From NCBI RefSeq assembly GCF_000008565.1, contig NC_001263.1, forward strand, positions 1,580,648 through 1,612,647: a DNA stretch of 32,000 nt, written 5' to 3'. The translations under genes were made by a program, and so were the position numbers. Position 1 is the stretch's first letter. Every line of letters begins with the position of its first letter. The notes beneath the pieces are model-generated. The model did no database searches and was not told where the DNA came from. It saw only the letters and a program-made list of their open reading frames with translations. This document shows, piece by piece, positions 29,795-32,000 of the stretch. Source of the stretch: Deinococcus radiodurans R1 = ATCC 13939 = DSM 20539. Lineage in GTDB: Bacteria; Deinococcota; Deinococci; Deinococcales; Deinococcaceae.

Positions 29795-30709
29795 TCAGCT
29801 ACCGAAGTACTTGAAGTTTTCGAGCGAGACGGTGTATTCGTTCAGGCCCTTGTTGAAGTCGACGCAGTACTTCTGGGGGTAATAGCCCGCCTCGGAGAAC
29901 TTCTGGGGCATGGCGTAGGTAAAGCACTGGTTGTGGGGCTGGGACTTGAGGTAGCTGTTGGTGATCATCGGCTCGAGGAAGGTGATCTTGCCGCCGTAGG
30001 TGCCCCAGATCCAGGTGTGGCTAAAGGGCTTGCCGTGGAACTCCTCGCCGTTCGGGTCCACGAGGTGGTTGCCCATCATGCCCATCACGGCGCCCACGTC
30101 CACGAAGCCGGCAGGCGCGTAGCCGGCGGGCAGCGGAATCTGGGCGGTCTTGAGGTCTTCACAGTTGATGACCTCGGCGCACGGCCCGAGGCGGATGTTG
30201 CGCCGGTCCTCGTCGGACTGGACATAAAAGTGCAGGTCGAAGTGCGCCACGTCGTAGATCTTGGCCGGGCCGTGACCGAGCGGGTTGTAGTTGACCATGG
30301 CGTACTTGATGGGCGACTTGGCGAGCGCCAGCGTCTCGGCGGGAAAGGGCATCACGAAGTCGTGACCCAGGGCGCACTCGGTTTCAGGCTCGATCTGGCC
30401 GTTGCCGTTGGTGTCCACGCAGTGGCTGCTGGGGTTGACGTGCGAAGGCAGGTTGTTCAGCGCCTGCTCATCCATCTTCACGCCGATTTCAAGGGGGCGT
30501 CCGTTCTGACCCATCTTCAGGTAGGTGACGATGTGCCCGTCACCCAGGTCGTAGCTCTTGCTGTAAAAGCGGTTGCCGCCGACTTCCTGCGCGCTCATGG
30601 TCGTCGCCGCCTGCGTCCCGTGCCCCGCGTGATGCGCCTCCATCTCGTCCCCACAGCCCGCCAGCATCAGGGCGCCGACCAGCGCCGCCACTCCCACTCT
30701 TTTATGCAT
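29795..30709 (-). CDS. Secreted lipoprotein, Cys-rich, function unknown
   Basis: ORF track, 304 aa. The lipobox is in MHKRVGVAALVGALMLAGCGDE. After the lipid-modified Cys there is a His-rich stretch, EMEAHHAGHG, and six further Cys residues. GAGGTG lies upstream of ATG 30709. Confidence 0.75.
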   Translation of the reverse strand: MHKRVGVAALVGALMLAGCGDEMEAHHAGHGTQAATTMSAQEVGGNRFYSKSYDLGDGHIVTYLKMGQNGRPLEIGVKMDEQALNNLPSHVNPSSHCVDTNGNGQIEPETECALGHDFVMPFPAETLALAKSPIKYAMVNYNPLGHGPAKIYDVAHFDLHFYVQSDEDRRNIRLGPCAEVINCEDLKTAQIPLPAGYAPAGFVDVGAVMGMMGNHLVDPNGEEFHGKPFSHTWIWGTYGGKITFLEPMITNSYLKSQPHNQCFTYAMPQKFSEAGYYPQKYCVDFNKGLNEYTVSLENFKYFGS

Positions 30710-30871
30710 CGTTCACCTCGCGCTCAGTTTGCAGTCAGGCAAGAAGGCGCGAAGACTCCACCCGTCAGGGGGCTTGCAAAACTTCAGATCGTTTCCTCTT
30801 TTTTGCACCGAGTGCAGTGAACCCGTCCTCGCTTTTCTCAGGTTGACCCGTCGCATCGGTAATTCAAGCAA

Positions 30872-30901
30872 ACGCCCCCGAGACAAGTCGCTTGGGGGCG
30901 T
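30872..30901 (-). terminator. Hairpin terminator belonging to a gene whose body is not in the window
   Basis: CGCCCCC (30873-30879) pairs with GGGGGCG (30894-30900), extended by G:T, A:T and G:C pairs and an outer A:T. On the minus strand TTTGCTTGAATT follows. Confidence 0.5.
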
Positions 30902-31050
30902 GCTTTATCAACCGCGCCTCACTGGTTCAGGCAGGTCCAGTCCTCGACTTCCTTGATGCTTGAGGGGCGCACACTCGTGACTTCAGTCATGAGTTAGCCC
31001 CTCTCGCCCTGAAAAGGGCGATGAAAAGCGGAAGCCTCTAGCTTTTCCAG

Positions 31051-31473
31051 ATGACATATGTTATTCTTCCCCTTGAGATGAAGAAAGGCCGGGGTTACGT
31101 CTATCAGCTTGAATACCACCTCATCTGGTGCGTGAAATACCGTCATCAGGTGTTGGTGGGTGAGGTTGCTGATGGACTGAAAGACATCCTGCGTGACATT
31201 GCCGCTCAGAACGGGCTGGAAGTCATCACGATGGAAGTCATGCCTGACCACGTTCACCTCCTGCTAAGCGCAACCCCACAGCAAGCCATCCCCGACTTCG
31301 TGAAGGCGCTGAAAGGCGCTTCCGCACGTCGGATGTTCGTGGCCTACCCGCAGTTGAAAGAAAAGCTGTGGGGCGGCAATCTCTGGAACCCGTCGTATTG
31401 CATCCTGACTGTTTCTGAAAACACCCGCGCTCAGATTCAGAAATACATAGAGAGCCAGCATGATAAGGAATAA
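31051..31473 (+). CDS. tnpA: IS200/IS605 Y1 (HUH) transposase TnpA
   Basis: ORF track, 140 aa. It has [14 protein letters not shown], the HUH motif in [10 protein letters not shown], and the catalytic Tyr in [14 protein letters not shown] (31039-31044) lies 6 nt before the ATG. Confidence 0.95.
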
Positions 31474-32000
31474 GGCTTTCGTGGTCAGGCTGTACCCAAA
31501 TGCGGCTCAGACTGAACTGATTAACCGCACGCTGGGTAGCGCAAGGTTCGTCTACAACCACTTCCTTGCCCGTCGCATTGCGGCCTACAAGGAAAGCGGG
31601 AAGGGACTGACCTACGGGCAAACGAGTAGCGAACTGACCCTTCTGAAGCAGGCTGAAGAAACCTCCTGGCTCTCGGAAGTAGATAAGTTTGCTTTGCAGA
31701 ACTCGCTGAAAAACCTTGAGACCGCGTACAAGAACTTCTTTCGGACTGTGAAGCAGTCCGGTAAAAAGGTAGGATTCCCACGTTTCAGAAAGAAGCGCAC
31801 GGGAGAGTCCTACCGGACTCAATTCACCAACAACAACATCCAAATTGGGGAAGGTAGGCTCAAACTTCCTAAGCTGGGATGGGTGAAAACCAAGGGCCAG
31901 CAGGATATTCAAGGGAAGATTCTGAATGTCACTGTGCGCCGTATTCACGAAGGCCATTACGAAGCGTCCGTTCTCTGTGAAGTCGAGATTCCCTACCTGC
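31460..32000 (+). CDS. tnpB: TnpB (IS605 OrfB; RNA-guided endonuclease), N-terminal 180 codons, open at the window end
   Basis: It is not in the ORF track because it has no in-window stop. My translation from ATG 31460, which overlaps tnpA by 14 nt, runs [60 protein letters not shown]...[20 protein letters not shown]. This matches my recollection of the ISDra2 TnpB N-terminus. Confidence 0.93.

Larger units (their letters stand above)
30958..32000 (+). mobile_element. IS200/IS605-family insertion sequence, ISDra2-type: left end plus tnpA and the 5' part of tnpB. It continues beyond the window.
   Basis: TTGAT (30953-30957) abuts the element. The left-end structures are the imperfect palindrome ACTCGTGAC-TTCA-GTCATGAGT (30973-30994), nested in GAGGGGC/GCCCCTC (30962-30968 / 30997-31003), and then TCGCCCT-GAAA-AGGGCGA (31004-31021). 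G+C is visibly lower than in the flanks. Confidence 0.9.

Noticed and set aside
28051-30820. Minus ORF 28051..29034 (antisense to fba) and plus ORF 29780..30820 (antisense to the lipoprotein gene)
   Set aside because: Both are antisense to well-supported genes, have His/Val/Gly/Asp/Ala-rich composition and lack start-site signals.
30729-30956. A 75-aa plus-strand ORF between the lipoprotein gene and the IS
   Set aside because: It has no start-site signal and an Arg/Ser/Leu/Gly-rich composition. It runs through a terminator hairpin and ends only because of the TGA inside the TTGAT target.

Overview
High-G+C DNA (roughly two-thirds G+C by eye, not computed), recognised as Deinococcus and most likely D. 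radiodurans. The basis is an ISDra2-type IS at the right edge, SNR-type small repeats, and many TANNNT hexamers placed 5-10 nt before start codons. I call 35 coding segments (34 genes if the two helicase halves count as one). I find no rRNA, tRNA or CRISPR.

Gene order, left to right:
- the 5' end of a wecB-like epimerase, a GT4 WecA/MraY-like transferase, upp, an APH-fold kinase and a GAF/HD-GYP protein;
- a divergent YkgJ Cys-cluster protein;
- a five-gene peptide/nickel-type ABC importer;
- a HelD/helicase-IV-like SF1 helicase split across two reading frames;
- pyrG, then a Psd-family protein that appears to lack the self-cleavage serine;
- an operon of an NYN-fold protein, queA and two hypothetical genes;
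- a class-I aminotransferase;
- a six-gene RHH-VOC-ABC-2 module;
- murI-rph, bracketed by two ~235-bp direct copies of a small non-coding repeat;
- a LysN/MocR-type aminotransferase coupled to a small MazG-like ORF;
- fba, an SRPBCC protein and a Cys-rich lipoprotein;
- the left ~1 kb of an IS200/IS605 element (tnpA plus the 5' part of the RNA-guided nuclease gene tnpB).

Most of the window is ordinary core genome. I see no canonical defence island, CRISPR array or clear toxin-antitoxin pair.

Items most worth a second look:
- the IS insertion, which seems to have clipped the 3' end of a gene;
- the split helicase;
- two mutually exclusive structures in the pyrG leader;
- the repeat pair flanking murI-rph, one copy carrying a 22-bp perfect hairpin;
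- the uncharacterised RHH-VOC-ABC-2 module;
- the NYN-queA operon;
- the Ser-to-Gly Psd homologue.

Everything was done by eye from the sequence and the ORF track. Start codons are best guesses, family names come from remembered motifs rather than searches, and no energies or statistics were computed.
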